Source of the DNA: Histomonas meleagridis 2922-C6/04-290x
Taxonomy: Eukaryota > Protista > Parabasalia
DNA length: 64,000 nt
NCBI GenBank assembly: GCA_020184695.1
Contig: JAANOX010000280.1
Location: forward strand, 765,592-829,591
Reading direction: 5' to 3'
A program made the translations under genes and the position numbers. The notes under the pieces are model-generated. The model had not been told where the DNA came from, searched no databases, and saw only the letters and a list, made by a program, of their open reading frames with translations. Below, piece after piece: positions 47,616 through 59,175 of this stretch; the first letter of the stretch is position 1, and each line of letters begins with the position of its first letter.

Positions 47616-48890
47616 ATGAAGCAACGGAATGCCCTTCTAAATACTGACGAAATTTTCGCAGTAGCAGTCGCAAATAAAACAAAATATGCAACAGAGTCTA
47701 GGTTGACAGAAGCCGTTGATCAAAATGCACAATACGAAGAAGAAGAATATATTTATGAAGATGAACCAATCGGAAATTCGTTAGAACACCCAATCCCAAA
47801 GGCAATTGGACCATATGAAATCAGAGGAACAGTTGGTGAAGGCGCCTTCAGCGTTGTTAAACTTGCATACCATCCAAAATCAAAAGAGTTTTTTGCTTGT
47901 AAAGTTATTGAAAAACAAAGACTCAAGCAGAAAAAATTAGAAGCAAAATTTGAATGTGAAATTATGGTACATCAACAAATGCATCATCCATCAATTGTCG
48001 GATTAGTTGATATTTTAGCAGATGATTACTATTACTATGTCTTACTTGAGTTCTGTCCTGGTGGCGAATTATTCCAACATATTGTTGATAACAAAAGGCT
48101 TCAAGATCAACAAGCTCGTCCAATTCTCAAACAAATTCTCCAAGGAGTCAGTTATATTCATTCCATGGGTGTTTCTCATCGTGACCTTAAACCAGAAAAT
48201 ATTCTTCTTGATAATGTTGGTCATATCAAGATATCAGATTTTGGATTATCACGTTTTATGGATGCCAATGGTATGGTTGATACTCCATGTGGTTCTCCAT
48301 GTTATGCCTCTCCTCAATGTATTTCTGGTCATCGTTATGATGGCAGGAAAAGTGATTGTTGGAGTGTTGGGGTTATCTTTTATGCGATGATGACAGGTCA
48401 ACTTCCTTGGACCAAACGAAAACAAGCACAGCTTTTCGAGCAAATCAAACGTGGCGAATACACCATTCCACCATATTTATCGCCGCAATGCCAGGACTTA
48501 ATATCAAAGTTGATGTGTGTTGACGATAGAAAGCGGTTATCGGCCGATGAGGCTTTGGAGCACCCCTATTTAGCGGGAACCGTTATACCACTCGAAGGAA
48601 TGATGAGTGCTTCAGGATATATAATTAGCTTGAGAAGAGTAGATAAATTCTTCCAAAGAGATTATTCTTTATCTGAAGTGAACTTGACAGAAGAACCAAC
48701 AGAAATCCCTATGACATTTGAGAAAGTGGTGAAAATGATTCGAGTGAAACAAAGAAAACAGAATGACAGACTTACAAAACCTGAACGTAAATCGTTAGGT
48801 TTGAAAGAATCACCTGTGGTTGTGAAAAAGCCACGAGTGTCAGCACCACCAAAAGTTATACCAAAGCCAAAAAAACAAATATTATTTTAA
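47616..48890 (+). CDS. CAMK-group (SNF1/AMPK-like) Ser/Thr kinase
   Basis: GEGAFSVV, ACK, HRDLKPEN, DFG, TPCGSPCYASP, SDCWSVGV. Confidence 0.95.
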   Translation: MKQRNALLNTDEIFAVAVANKTKYATESRLTEAVDQNAQYEEEEYIYEDEPIGNSLEHPIPKAIGPYEIRGTVGEGAFSVVKLAYHPKSKEFFACKVIEKQRLKQKKLEAKFECEIMVHQQMHHPSIVGLVDILADDYYYYVLLEFCPGGELFQHIVDNKRLQDQQARPILKQILQGVSYIHSMGVSHRDLKPENILLDNVGHIKISDFGLSRFMDANGMVDTPCGSPCYASPQCISGHRYDGRKSDCWSVGVIFYAMMTGQLPWTKRKQAQLFEQIKRGEYTIPPYLSPQCQDLISKLMCVDDRKRLSADEALEHPYLAGTVIPLEGMMSASGYIISLRRVDKFFQRDYSLSEVNLTEEPTEIPMTFEKVVKMIRVKQRKQNDRLTKPERKSLGLKESPVVVKKPRVSAPPKVIPKPKKQILF

Positions 48891-49078
48891 AATAAAGATA
48901 ACATAAAGGCATAAATTGTTATAAACAAATTATTTTTTTTTTTTTTTGACTTAAAAAAAATACTTTTTCTTGTCCAAAAGTGGAACGAAATCACCAAAAA
49001 ATCACTTAACAAATATTATGTAAACCATCCAAAAATTGAGTGGACCGCTTTGGTCATTCCACTAAAATCTCGAAACCA

Positions 49079-50329
49079 ATGTCTTCACACCAAAGAAGGA
49101 ATCAGAAATTCTCCCGACGCAGGGGACAACCCGCAGAAGAAAACCCTAACTTTGTAGCAAATTGGGATCAACGTATTGATGATTTTGAACAAATGGGACT
49201 TAAACAACAACTCCTTCATGGTATCTATAGTTATGGATTTAAACATCCATCCGATATCCAGGCACTTGCAATTCAACCGGTTATTGAAAAAAGACAAGTA
49301 ATTGCGCAAGCCCAATCAGGAACTGGTAAAACCGGTGCTTTCAGCATAGGTATATTAAATAACATTGATCTTGATCTTGACGAGACTCAAGCCCTTGTTC
49401 TTTCACCTACACGAGAACTTGCAACACAAACATATACATTTATGAAAGTAATTGGATTTAAGATGGACAATCTTACAATTGAGTTATTCACAGGAGGTCA
49501 TAGTGAGTCTGCTGATCAAGCTAAAGCCATTGAGAAGCCTAAAATCGCTGTTGGTACCCCTGGTCGTATCTTATCTTTAATTCAAACAGGCCATTTACGT
49601 TGTGAGGGCATTACAATGATTTGTCTTGATGAAGCAGATGAAATGTTATCACAAGGATTCATTCAACAAATCCAAGAAATTTTCCAATACTTACAACCGA
49701 CCATCCAAATCCTATTATTCTCAGCCACTGTTCCCCCCGAGATATTTAACATCACAGAGCAACTTATGGTTGATCCCATCAAGATATTAGTCAAAGCCGA
49801 ACAATTAACACTTGATGGTATTCGCCAATTTTATGTCAATGTTGGCCGCGAAGACAAAAAACTCATCACATTAGACGACTTATTTGGGCTCTTTAGCATC
49901 CAGAAGGCCGTCATTTTTGCAAACACTAAAGATGCTGTTGATTACATCAAACAACAACTTGTGAATAAGAACCATATGGTTTCTGCAATCCATTCTGGAC
50001 TCTCGCAAGCAGAACGTGACAACATTATGCAACAATTCCGACTCGGCGCGACACGAATTCTCGTCGGCACTGATTTGATCGCACGTGGTATCGACGTACA
50101 ACAGGTTACACTTGTGATTAACTTCGAAATGCCGAATAATTACGAGAGTTACTTACATAGAATAGGAAGAAGTGGTCGATACGGTAGAAAAGGTATAGCA
50201 ATTAACATATGTTGTAATAGGGAAATGAAAATGATCTCCGGATTGGAAAGATTTTATAATACTAAAATAGAACAATTGCCTGCAAATATCGCAGATATGG
50301 TAAAGGAGGCAAATGATCAATTTGAATAA
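49079..50329 (+). CDS. eIF4A: DEAD-box helicase eIF4A
   Basis: AQSGTGKT, PTRELA, TPGR, DEAD, SAT, ARGIDVQQV, HRIGRSGRYGRKG. Confidence 0.93.
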   Translation: MSSHQRRNQKFSRRRGQPAEENPNFVANWDQRIDDFEQMGLKQQLLHGIYSYGFKHPSDIQALAIQPVIEKRQVIAQAQSGTGKTGAFSIGILNNIDLDLDETQALVLSPTRELATQTYTFMKVIGFKMDNLTIELFTGGHSESADQAKAIEKPKIAVGTPGRILSLIQTGHLRCEGITMICLDEADEMLSQGFIQQIQEIFQYLQPTIQILLFSATVPPEIFNITEQLMVDPIKILVKAEQLTLDGIRQFYVNVGREDKKLITLDDLFGLFSIQKAVIFANTKDAVDYIKQQLVNKNHMVSAIHSGLSQAERDNIMQQFRLGATRILVGTDLIARGIDVQQVTLVINFEMPNNYESYLHRIGRSGRYGRKGIAINICCNREMKMISGLERFYNTKIEQLPANIADMVKEANDQFE

Positions 50330-50792
50330 TTTCTTTGACAAATTATCTAAGATAAAAAATAATATCTGAAATTAACTTTTGTTTAAAACTTAACGTTTCT
50401 CATTAAACTTTTTTACTGTTAACGGACAAACAATAGTTCTTATGCGGAAATTAGAGGCGATGCAAAATGCTTTTTTATGCTTTTTAATTCCATGAGTTAT
50501 ATAATGGTTTATGTTTTATATCAAAAAAATTTATGAACTCTTGAAATGTAATTTTTAATCTATTTCTTTCATAAATTTATTTTTTCCATCAGTGAATCAT
50601 GATGAATTTTATAAATAGATGAGAATATGAAACCTACAAGGAAAAAAATTCATTTTTTTATTGGTGGTGCAAAATTATATATAAAGTGCCGATCTGGTTA
50701 ATTTTAGATATTTATTTTTAGTAAAACTAAAGTTGTTTTATAAATGATGTAAATATACATTTTGATTTTTCCCTTATATTAAAAATGAATTT

Positions 50793-52139
50793 CTATGTGA
50801 TGAAGTGCCCGAGTATTGTGAGCGATGTGATGCGAAGTAAATTACATAAGTCATTAAAATGAGATTGCCGTATGCATAACTTTTTGGCATTTAACGGAGG
50901 ACGGAATTGTCTTGTGAATGATGGAGTTGTTAATGAAATTTCATCTGAAAGAGATTGATCATCAAATTCAATTACCAAATTTGGTGGAGGAGGGCGTTGT
51001 TTATTATGTTCAGAAAAGTTAATGGTAAGCGAAGAAATACTAATAAAAGTATCAAATGAAATCGAAAAAAATGGAAGAATTGATTTCGGAGCAGTTGTAA
51101 AATAATGGCCATGTCTGATTTGCAAAGCATACTTTGCTTGGAAATCAGAAGAAATTGGTGTGGAAGAATTGATAGTAATGAGGCCATATGCTTCTGGGTC
51201 AATTTTAAGATTGGGAATTCCGAGATTAAAAACAAAGTTGGTAATATCAAAATCTTCATTTAAGGGAGATAGAGATGATGAACCAATTTTGTATAACGAA
51301 TGTAGTGCATTTAATCTGCCAATTGGTTTATTTATATCTAAAAGTTGAGAATTGAGTTCACTAAGAGTGTTTTTCCTATTGTCAAGTATTTGACTTAAAA
51401 ATTTCCTTTGCGTTGACAAAGTTACCCAGTTGCAATCATGAAGAAGAAAATGCGAAATCGAATCAGGGGTGTTCCAATTAATAAGTGAGGTGAAATCAAC
51501 TTTTTCTGAATCTGAAATTTTGCCAGAAAAATGTGATGAAAATGCTTCAATCAAAGCAACCTTCTGTTGATCATCAAACTTGCTAAATTCATTTCTCTTT
51601 AAAATATTAAAAAGAAGCTTTGGATTAATGGAAGTGAAAACATTAATATCATTTTTCTTATTTTTGATAATATTCAATATGATTCTAGTAATGTTATCAG
51701 AAACAACATTAATGGCTAAGTCAGTAAGGTTATATTCAACCAATTGTGAAGAAAAAGACATTGTGTTTTTCAATGAGAGAAAATCTTGAAGTTGAATTAT
51801 TGCTAGTTTTTCAAGATCAGATATACCATAAAACTTGGAAGAAGCAATAAGTGGAACAACATTTCTTTTAGTAAAATGAATTTTATTAGTGTAAAGAAAT
51901 TCGATTATAGATGAAAATAAATTATCAGGATCAAATGGTAAAACCACCTCGTAACTATCGTGTGATTGAAAGTATTTGAAGAACCATTTAGAATGCTTTG
52001 CAAGAAGGATTTTATGACAACTAATTGCTTTATTGTTTGAACTTAAAATTGTACAATCAACAAACAAGCCAGAAAGAAAAAATGAGTAAAAAGAATTTGG
52101 AATACATGAGCAAAGTCCGAAATTCTGTTTTTCACTCAT
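50793..52139 (-). CDS. BTB/POZ-domain protein
   Basis: FVDCTI...CHKILLAKHSKWF...IIEFLYTNKI. Confidence 0.85.
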   Translation of the reverse strand: MSEKQNFGLCSCIPNSFYSFFLSGLFVDCTILSSNNKAISCHKILLAKHSKWFFKYFQSHDSYEVVLPFDPDNLFSSIIEFLYTNKIHFTKRNVVPLIASSKFYGISDLEKLAIIQLQDFLSLKNTMSFSSQLVEYNLTDLAINVVSDNITRIILNIIKNKKNDINVFTSINPKLLFNILKRNEFSKFDDQQKVALIEAFSSHFSGKISDSEKVDFTSLINWNTPDSISHFLLHDCNWVTLSTQRKFLSQILDNRKNTLSELNSQLLDINKPIGRLNALHSLYKIGSSSLSPLNEDFDITNFVFNLGIPNLKIDPEAYGLITINSSTPISSDFQAKYALQIRHGHYFTTAPKSILPFFSISFDTFISISSLTINFSEHNKQRPPPPNLVIEFDDQSLSDEISLTTPSFTRQFRPPLNAKKLCIRQSHFNDLCNLLRITSLTILGHFIT

Positions 52140-52501
52140 CAAGTAATTTAACGTCTTTTTACTTTTGAAGCAAATTTGATCGTTTCCAGTTCACTTATTT
52201 TTGGACAATAAGGAGAATTATTATTCTGCAGTAATAGTATTTATACCAAATATATTCTTTATCTTTTTTTACTAATGTACTATAAAGCTCCATATGTAGT
52301 GTAAATTTTGGTATTAATTTTTTTTTTTTTTTTCAATTTAAAATTTAGAAGAATAAAATATCTCTATTGCTATTTCAAACGATAATAAGGCAATAAATCA
52401 TGTAAAAAACAGTATGTTAAGGAAATATCATATGCATAAAAAGAATATGAAAAAGATTTTAAATTTGTACATAAAAATTTTTTTATTTAAAACATTTTAA
52501 T

Positions 52502-53323
52502 TCAAGTAAGCTGTGCAATCTTTTGGAGCGCAGCTTCTAATGCGTTTTTCTTTTCTTGACTCATTTGTGGAACATTTTTTATGGGAGTTACACTATTAAA
52601 TTGAAATTGAGGTGGATATGGTTGTTTTACTACCGAAGATGGATACATATTATTATAGTTATTACTAGGTGGGATGTTCTGTAATGATGGATTTTGGATC
52701 TGCTGATAATTAGGATTATAATATACATTTTGAAAAGAATTATTTAAAACATAATTTTCACATTTTATATCAAAGTTTACACCATTAACGTTTACAGTTG
52801 GCCCGTTCTGGATTAGAGATTTCGCATATCGTGAATCAAAAAATGAGACATTAAAAGAAAGAGTAGGTGACTCCTTGATTGACTGGACCACACCAAAAGT
52901 TTCTAAGCTTTTGGCAAGTTTGTTTTTATCATATGGTTGATGGATATAAAATGGTGTAAAAATTACTAATGGGTTTATCAAAAATGGATCTACTCTCACT
53001 TCGTTTGGGATACGAACTGCAAAATCGACAATAGCCCTTCTCCCTTTGATGATCAAATTTTGAAGATTTTCAACAGCTGATTTAGCTGAACGTGAGTCAT
53101 AGTAAACTATAAGTGCCAATCCTCTATCTTTAATTTGAGGATAGCATGTTGCTATAGCACCATATTGCTCAAAAATTCGAAGAAATTCTTCATATGATAA
53201 ATCAAAAGATAAATTTTTAATAAACAAAGTATGAGAGTTTCTTGTATCGACCTCTTGCAAAGCAGGAGGCTGCACTTTAGGATAAAAACTTTGGAACGCG
53301 ATATTGGCCGCCGGAGCAAACAT
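52502..53323 (-). CDS. RRM RNA-binding protein (Mei2-like)
   Basis: TLFIKNL, GLALIVYYDSRSA; second degenerate RRM. Confidence 0.8.
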   Translation of the reverse strand: MFAPAANIAFQSFYPKVQPPALQEVDTRNSHTLFIKNLSFDLSYEEFLRIFEQYGAIATCYPQIKDRGLALIVYYDSRSAKSAVENLQNLIIKGRRAIVDFAVRIPNEVRVDPFLINPLVIFTPFYIHQPYDKNKLAKSLETFGVVQSIKESPTLSFNVSFFDSRYAKSLIQNGPTVNVNGVNFDIKCENYVLNNSFQNVYYNPNYQQIQNPSLQNIPPSNNYNNMYPSSVVKQPYPPQFQFNSVTPIKNVPQMSQEKKNALEAALQKIAQLT

Positions 53324-54285
53324 AAAATTTTATGACCAGAGGTCACTTTTCTGTCAAACTTTTTGATGTGAATTTGGTCAAATCACGGGGCACCCTGTTT
53401 TACGATAAGATTTTATGATTCGATTTTTTTTTTGATTTCCTAGAATCAAGAAATTGTTTATGAATCATTTCGACTATAAACAAAACAATAAAGAAAATAT
53501 ATTCTTTAAATGCTGTTTAATGGCATATGAAAATCAAATTTAGAAATTATTAGTCTAAATGTAATATGTTTTTATTGCACAAAATTAACGTGTAGCGCTT
53601 TCCTAAAGACCTTTGAAAGAAATTAGTTCCAGTAAACTTAACATTGAAGACACTGAAATTATTTGTAAAATATATTGTGATCACAAAATGATGAGGATAT
53701 CACTTCAATGCAACTAGCATAAATAAAAATGTTGAAATTTTAATTTTTGCTATAAATAATTATTGAACTACACAGTATGAATATGTAAATTCATTCGATT
53801 TTTTTGATGAAATTTGTAAAAAGTGTATTTTATAATCATCTGGATTTTATAAACGTAAAATGATTAAAAAACAATTTTCACAAATCCAAATGATAGAGGA
53901 AAGCTACAGATAATTCAAAAAATAATTTTTAACGTAAATAATAAAAATGTTGCTAAAAGAGTATGAACAGTCAATTATTGATATATTTGATACAAATTAT
54001 TCATACTCTTTCACCTTAATTTCTGATAAAACTGCACGCATACCAACTGCTATAAATGACAGTTTCATAAAAACGACAATAAAAACAAATTTATTAATTT
54101 TAAGAAAACGAAATTGATCAACATTATAAAATTCAATTTTTTTTTTCCTTCAAATTATTGATTCAACTAAACTTTTTTGCGTAAATACAAGTTATGTTAT
54201 TTAAAAGAAATGAACTTTTTTACAAAAAAATTTTTATTTATCTGTTTTATAAGATCCACATGATTTACTATATCTGTTGCAATTT

Positions 54286-55320
54286 CTAGTTTGCAAATCC
54301 TTCCCAATCGATATTAAATATATCATTTTGTTGTTGCGAAAACAAATCGACGGTCATGTCATTCTCGAACGAGAACATGCACTGTGCTCTTGCTACTTCG
54401 TTTTCCAACACATCAGATGACAATGCAATTTGCGAAGGTTCGATTATTTCGTTACAAATTGGACATCGCCAATTATCTGTACTAACCGCTTTCGACAAAA
54501 ACATGCCCAATGGAAAAGGTAGCTGTCTCGTACAGCTAAGGTGTATAACTGTTGGTTTTTCGGTCGAAAGGTTTACATGACGATGACATATTTGATCAGC
54601 GATAAATTGTATCCCGTTGTATTGGTACCGATTAAGACAAATCATCATAGAGGAGGATGTTTGGATACGGACTTCAAGGACATTTTGCGCGGTTATGCTT
54701 CCTGTTATGTCAATTGGTTGAGGATATGGATCATCTGGGAAAACTTCAAATGGAGCGCCATTAATGTTACCATTCAAGGAAAACGCATGTGGCTTGCCTT
54801 CGTTGAAGTAGAATGTGAGGCACATCATTGAATTTGATAACAAATTATTAACAAATGTAAATTTACCACTGCTTTGGCCTGGAGAAACTAGAATAGGGCC
54901 AAAGAAAGGAGGCTCATTAAGATATTCATATAAAGGATTTGTTATCGGTAAATAATTTGGGTCAAGATTACCAATAACCAAATTGTTAGAAAATGAATTT
55001 AGAGGAGAGGATGCAAGTGGATCTTGTTGATCGACTAATAGTCGATTAACTTCATTAAAAACATCAATTAAACTTTTATCATATCTAAGGCCATGGAATA
55101 TTTTTATTACAAGGCTCAACAACTTTGTTTTATTCCCACTTGCAGGGATCGAAAACTTTTGTACGATATAACGAAGTTGTGAAATTCGTAGTAATTGAAT
55201 GGATTTTATGAGAGTATCGAATTGCTCTGGTGACAAAGAAGGAGCACCCTCATTTCCTACCATTCTATTTGTCTGAAATTGATTGATGTTAGGTTGGCCA
55301 AAGTTGTAATTGTTCTCCAT
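54286..55320 (-). CDS. SAP plus SP-RING/MIZ-like (PIAS/Siz-like) protein
   Basis: LRISQLRYIVQKFSIPASGNKTKL (SAP) and HLSC...WRCPIC. Confidence 0.7.
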   Translation of the reverse strand: MENNYNFGQPNINQFQTNRMVGNEGAPSLSPEQFDTLIKSIQLLRISQLRYIVQKFSIPASGNKTKLLSLVIKIFHGLRYDKSLIDVFNEVNRLLVDQQDPLASSPLNSFSNNLVIGNLDPNYLPITNPLYEYLNEPPFFGPILVSPGQSSGKFTFVNNLLSNSMMCLTFYFNEGKPHAFSLNGNINGAPFEVFPDDPYPQPIDITGSITAQNVLEVRIQTSSSMMICLNRYQYNGIQFIADQICHRHVNLSTEKPTVIHLSCTRQLPFPLGMFLSKAVSTDNWRCPICNEIIEPSQIALSSDVLENEVARAQCMFSFENDMTVDLFSQQQNDIFNIDWEGFAN

Positions 55321-55663
55321 TTTGTTTGAGAACCGTTTTTCTGTTCCGAGATTTTACAACATTGAATTTATGACATAATTACGAATAAGATTATTTAATT
55401 AAATCATAAAATTCCGCAACTAACAAATGTGTTTTTATTTTAACAATAATATTTTATACATAAATACAAAAATATTTTAATGAAAGTGAACTATACATTT
55501 GATGAATGATAAAACAAATCAAAAGTCCAACGGTTTTGTAACATTCCTCATTGAAACTGCGCGGCTTGGTTGTATTTTCAATGGGGCACTCAATATTTCA
55601 TAGCAAAAAAAATGACACAAATAAAAAAGATTGCCTGCATAATCAGTTTTTATGGTTAGATGA

Positions 55664-56743
55664 TCAGATTAAGCCCATTTCCAAGTCACTGTTTTTCTCG
55701 ATTTCTTGGGTTTCTTCCATTGTTTTGTTATTTTGCATCTTCTTTCTGACAACTAAAACGACAATAACAACAATAATGGCAACAACTACTATGACAACAA
55801 CAGCGATCACAGCTGCTTTGGTGGTGCTGTCCATGCCTTTGTTAGCATTCTCATCGGATGAAAAATCATATGAATGCTCAGTAATGGATGTTGTGGCATA
55901 TGTAGTGTTTGGAGATGAAGTAGGAGCGTAAGTGTAGTTGGCTGTCTGTGTGTACGAAAGAGTGTTTGTGTAATTGGTTGTGGGAGTAAGAGTAGAGTTG
56001 GATGTGTAGCTGTATGTTGGAGTGTACGTGTAGTTGTACGTTTCGGTGTAATTGTATGTTGGAGTGTATGTGTAGTTGTACGTTTCGGTGTAATTGTATG
56101 TTGGAGTGTATGTGTAGTTGTATGTCTCAGTGTAATTGTATGTTGGAGTGTACGTGTAGTTATATGTCTCAGTGTAATTATAAGTTGGAGTGTACGTGTA
56201 GTTGTACGTTTCGGTGTAATTGTATGTTGGAGTGTACGTGTAGTTATATGTCTCAGTGTAATTATAAGTTGGAGTGTACGTGTAGTTGTACGTTTCGGTG
56301 TAATTGTATGTTGGAGTGTAAGTATAATTGTACGTTTCGGTGTAATTATAAGTTGGAGTGTATGTGTAGTTATATGTTTCAGTGTAATTATAAGTTGGAG
56401 TGTATGTATAGTTGTATGTCTCCGTGTAATTGTATGTTGGAGTGTGTGTATAGTTGTATGTCTCCGTGTAATTATAAGTTGGAGTATATGTGTAGTTATA
56501 TGTTTCAGTGTAATTATAAGTTGGAGTGTAAGTATAATTGTATGTTTCGGTGTAATTATATGTTGAAGTGTATGTGTAGTTGTACGTTTCTGTATAATTA
56601 TATGTTTCAGTGTAATTATAGGTTGGTGCATATGTATAGTTAGTAGTATAATTATATGTTGGAGTATAGGTATAATTCGAAGTATAATTATCTAATGGAG
56701 CTTGATATGATGTAAAAATGAAAGCAGAAAAAAGAACGGCCAT
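55664..56743 (-). CDS. Type I membrane protein with a T/Y/N-rich tandem-repeat ectodomain
   Basis: Signal-like MAVLFSAFIF, about 14 copies of YNYTETYNYTYTPT, TM AAVIAVVVIVVVAIIVVIVVLVV, short tail. Confidence 0.85.
   Translation of the reverse strand: MAVLFSAFIFTSYQAPLDNYTSNYTYTPTYNYTTNYTYAPTYNYTETYNYTETYNYTYTSTYNYTETYNYTYTPTYNYTETYNYTYTPTYNYTETYNYTHTPTYNYTETYNYTYTPTYNYTETYNYTYTPTYNYTETYNYTYTPTYNYTETYNYTYTPTYNYTETYNYTYTPTYNYTETYNYTYTPTYNYTETYNYTYTPTYNYTETYNYTYTPTYNYTETYNYTYTPTYNYTETYNYTYTPTYSYTSNSTLTPTTNYTNTLSYTQTANYTYAPTSSPNTTYATTSITEHSYDFSSDENANKGMDSTTKAAVIAVVVIVVVAIIVVIVVLVVRKKMQNNKTMEETQEIEKNSDLEMGLI
56005..56690 (-). repeat. 42-nt tandem repeat (14 aa) with synonymous variation
   Basis: GTGTAATT(G/A)TA(T/A)GTTGGAGTGTA... 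recurs with 42-nt period. Confidence 0.92.
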
Positions 56744-57543
56744 AAAAAAAATGTTCTGAGTTAGCCAACAAAAGTTTCCGTTCAATTAACCGTAAAAAGG
56801 AAAATGACAATTATTTGAAACAAAAATATTATGATATTTCTAATTAAAAATATTTAAATTTTTTGTATTAATGCTTACACATTTAAATATATTTATATAT
56901 TTCATTTGTATAGAATTATGATGATTTGTTTCCTGTAAAATGAAGTTTTAAGCATGGTGGTAGTTTTGAAGATATTTGAAAGGGGTTTTTGGTCGTTTCA
57001 TTTCAATGTCTGGTCGGGGTTTTTGAACGCGTTTAATGACCTTCATAAACATGATGCTGTCACTTTTTTCTCCAAAAAAAATATACAACAAATCACCACT
57101 GTTTGCACCAAGTGCATTTATTATTTCATTATATTTATCAATGATAAAGACCCACGTGTATGTTAACCATTTTGGTTGCGGTTTTCTCAGATCGTAGATA
57201 GAATTCAATCATTTCAAACTACATTATTTTGAAGCTTTTGTTCTGTCTTTACAAATTCAACCTTCCTATTGAGGAAAGAATGTTTCAGGGGTTTAATGTC
57301 CATATGTTCAATATTTTAGATAAAATGATTTGATTTTGTTTTGTTTTGAGGTTTCATCAAGAACCGCTGTCGGAAAAATTGAATACCATATGTACAATTT
57401 TGTCGGTTTAACACAAATTTTGAGAAGCAAAAGCACGTTAACACACGTTTTTTCTTAACGGTTTTGAATGAAGCGCCTGGTTCAAAAAAATGACTCAGTT
57501 TACCTTTTTTGGAAACAAGTAACTTTTACTTGAATAAAACAAA

Positions 57544-58509
57544 CTATGCTTCATTTGCTTCAGTGGATACTAGTGATTGTACAATCACTGTGCTTTTTTT
57601 TTCTTCTTCTTCTAATCCATCTGTTGTCTTTTTTTCTGATAAAGTGAATATTAAAATTGCTACTGGTATACAAAAGAATCCGAGTAGGTATATCCATGAA
57701 GCCATTTGTCCAAATGCTAGGATTGAGATAGCCAAAGAATAAAAATTAGATGTGAGAAGAGAAAGGTTCATTGTAGTTGCATCTGAGTATTGCATTATAT
57801 AAGGAGCCATTACGTCATAAAGCATAAGTAATATTGAGTATGCAATTATGAGTAAAATTGATTCCCAATTCCAATTGAAATCGCGAATCGTTTTCCATTC
57901 AACAATACCAGAACATACTGATGTAATTGGTGCTGCAAATGCTGAGAACCTGAATAAGTAAACTTGAAATGAATCATTATGAACAAGATATTCTTGAAGA
58001 ACTGTAGCAACAGAATAACAGATAGCAGAAACAATAGCAAGGACATTACCTAACCAACGACTTCCACTTGTTCCATCTGCAATAAAAATAAGAGCACCTC
58101 CACCTACCCCAAGAATTATTGCAAAAAATTGTTTCAGATTAATTTTCCTTCCAAAAACAAAATACGAAAGGGGAACGACCCAAAAAATAGTTGTAGTACA
58201 TAAGGTAAGTGCAGATGATAGAGATGTGCTCGAATATGCACGAACTCCTGTATAATCACCGCATATTGTTGCAATAGCAACAACTAAAAATCTCCACCAT
58301 GATGTCTCAGCCTTAGGAAGCTTCCAGCATGATGAAATTAAAAGGAATACGTAGGTGATGAATACCATTAAAAATGGAATTGTCGTTCCAAATTTAATAG
58401 AGATGTAAGTACACATAGTTCCTGCACTACAAAGTACAACGGATGTAAGTTGCCATGCAATAAGCACACACCACTTTTTTTCCAGGAAATTCGAAAGACT
58501 GAAGGACAT
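57544..58509 (-). CDS. SLC35F/EamA-type drug-metabolite transporter
   Basis: About 10 TMs; AYSSTSLSSA, GNVLAIVSAICYSVATVLQEYLV, SDATTMNLSLLTSNFYSL. Confidence 0.88.
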   Translation of the reverse strand: MSFSLSNFLEKKWCVLIAWQLTSVVLCSAGTMCTYISIKFGTTIPFLMVFITYVFLLISSCWKLPKAETSWWRFLVVAIATICGDYTGVRAYSSTSLSSALTLCTTTIFWVVPLSYFVFGRKINLKQFFAIILGVGGGALIFIADGTSGSRWLGNVLAIVSAICYSVATVLQEYLVHNDSFQVYLFRFSAFAAPITSVCSGIVEWKTIRDFNWNWESILLIIAYSILLMLYDVMAPYIMQYSDATTMNLSLLTSNFYSLAISILAFGQMASWIYLLGFFCIPVAILIFTLSEKKTTDGLEEEEKKSTVIVQSLVSTEANEA

Positions 58510-59175
58510 GTTTAAAAATGAATTTAACCGTAGCCACTTATTTGAATGCAATTGTCACTTCACATAACAAACCAGTAAAAAACAATAAATTCAGAACATA
58601 GTGGAATTTTCAAATTTCAAACCAGTAAAACAAGATTTCAATGTAACAGGAAAAAAGTTAATTTTTTTGTAATTCATTGTTTATGATTTTTTGATATTGA
58701 TTCTTTTTCTAAAACCAATTGGTGCTTAAAGACACAATTTTCATCAATGATAAAATTAAAAACCATATGAAAACATCTAATTAAACATAGATCTTTTAAA
58801 AAATAGATCGTAAATTTCACTTGATCACCACCTATAGCCACCAAAAACTTTCTAAATGAAATGATTGGAATTTAAGATGATATAAATTAATTGATTATAA
58901 TAAATTTCTATGCGAACAGTTATAAAAAATTTGGCTTTGTAAACATTTCTCACTAAAAGATTCTGGTTTCAAAAAAGGAACAACCATACATACCAATCAT
59001 GAAAATAATATTTCAGCACTTATAATTCATATGGAGCGCAAACATTTTCCAAAATATTCACCAAACGAATTTTCCTCATTTCTCGTTCATTAACAAATAA
59101 CATTTGAACGTATTCCAAAATAATGTAATTGTAAATGAATATATTTATTGAGTCTTAATATGATCAAAAATGCCT

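Noticed and set aside
55807-56643. Cys-rich ORF 56002-56643 (+) and His/Thr-rich ORF 55807-56631 (-)
   Set aside because: Alternative frames of the 42-nt repeat. Only the 55664-56743 frame has signal, TM and tail, and its repeat variation is synonymous.
56948-57310. Short minus-strand ORF fragments (86 aa and upstream pieces)
   Set aside because: No consistent start, no recognisable motif, and fragments do not join by a single simple correction.
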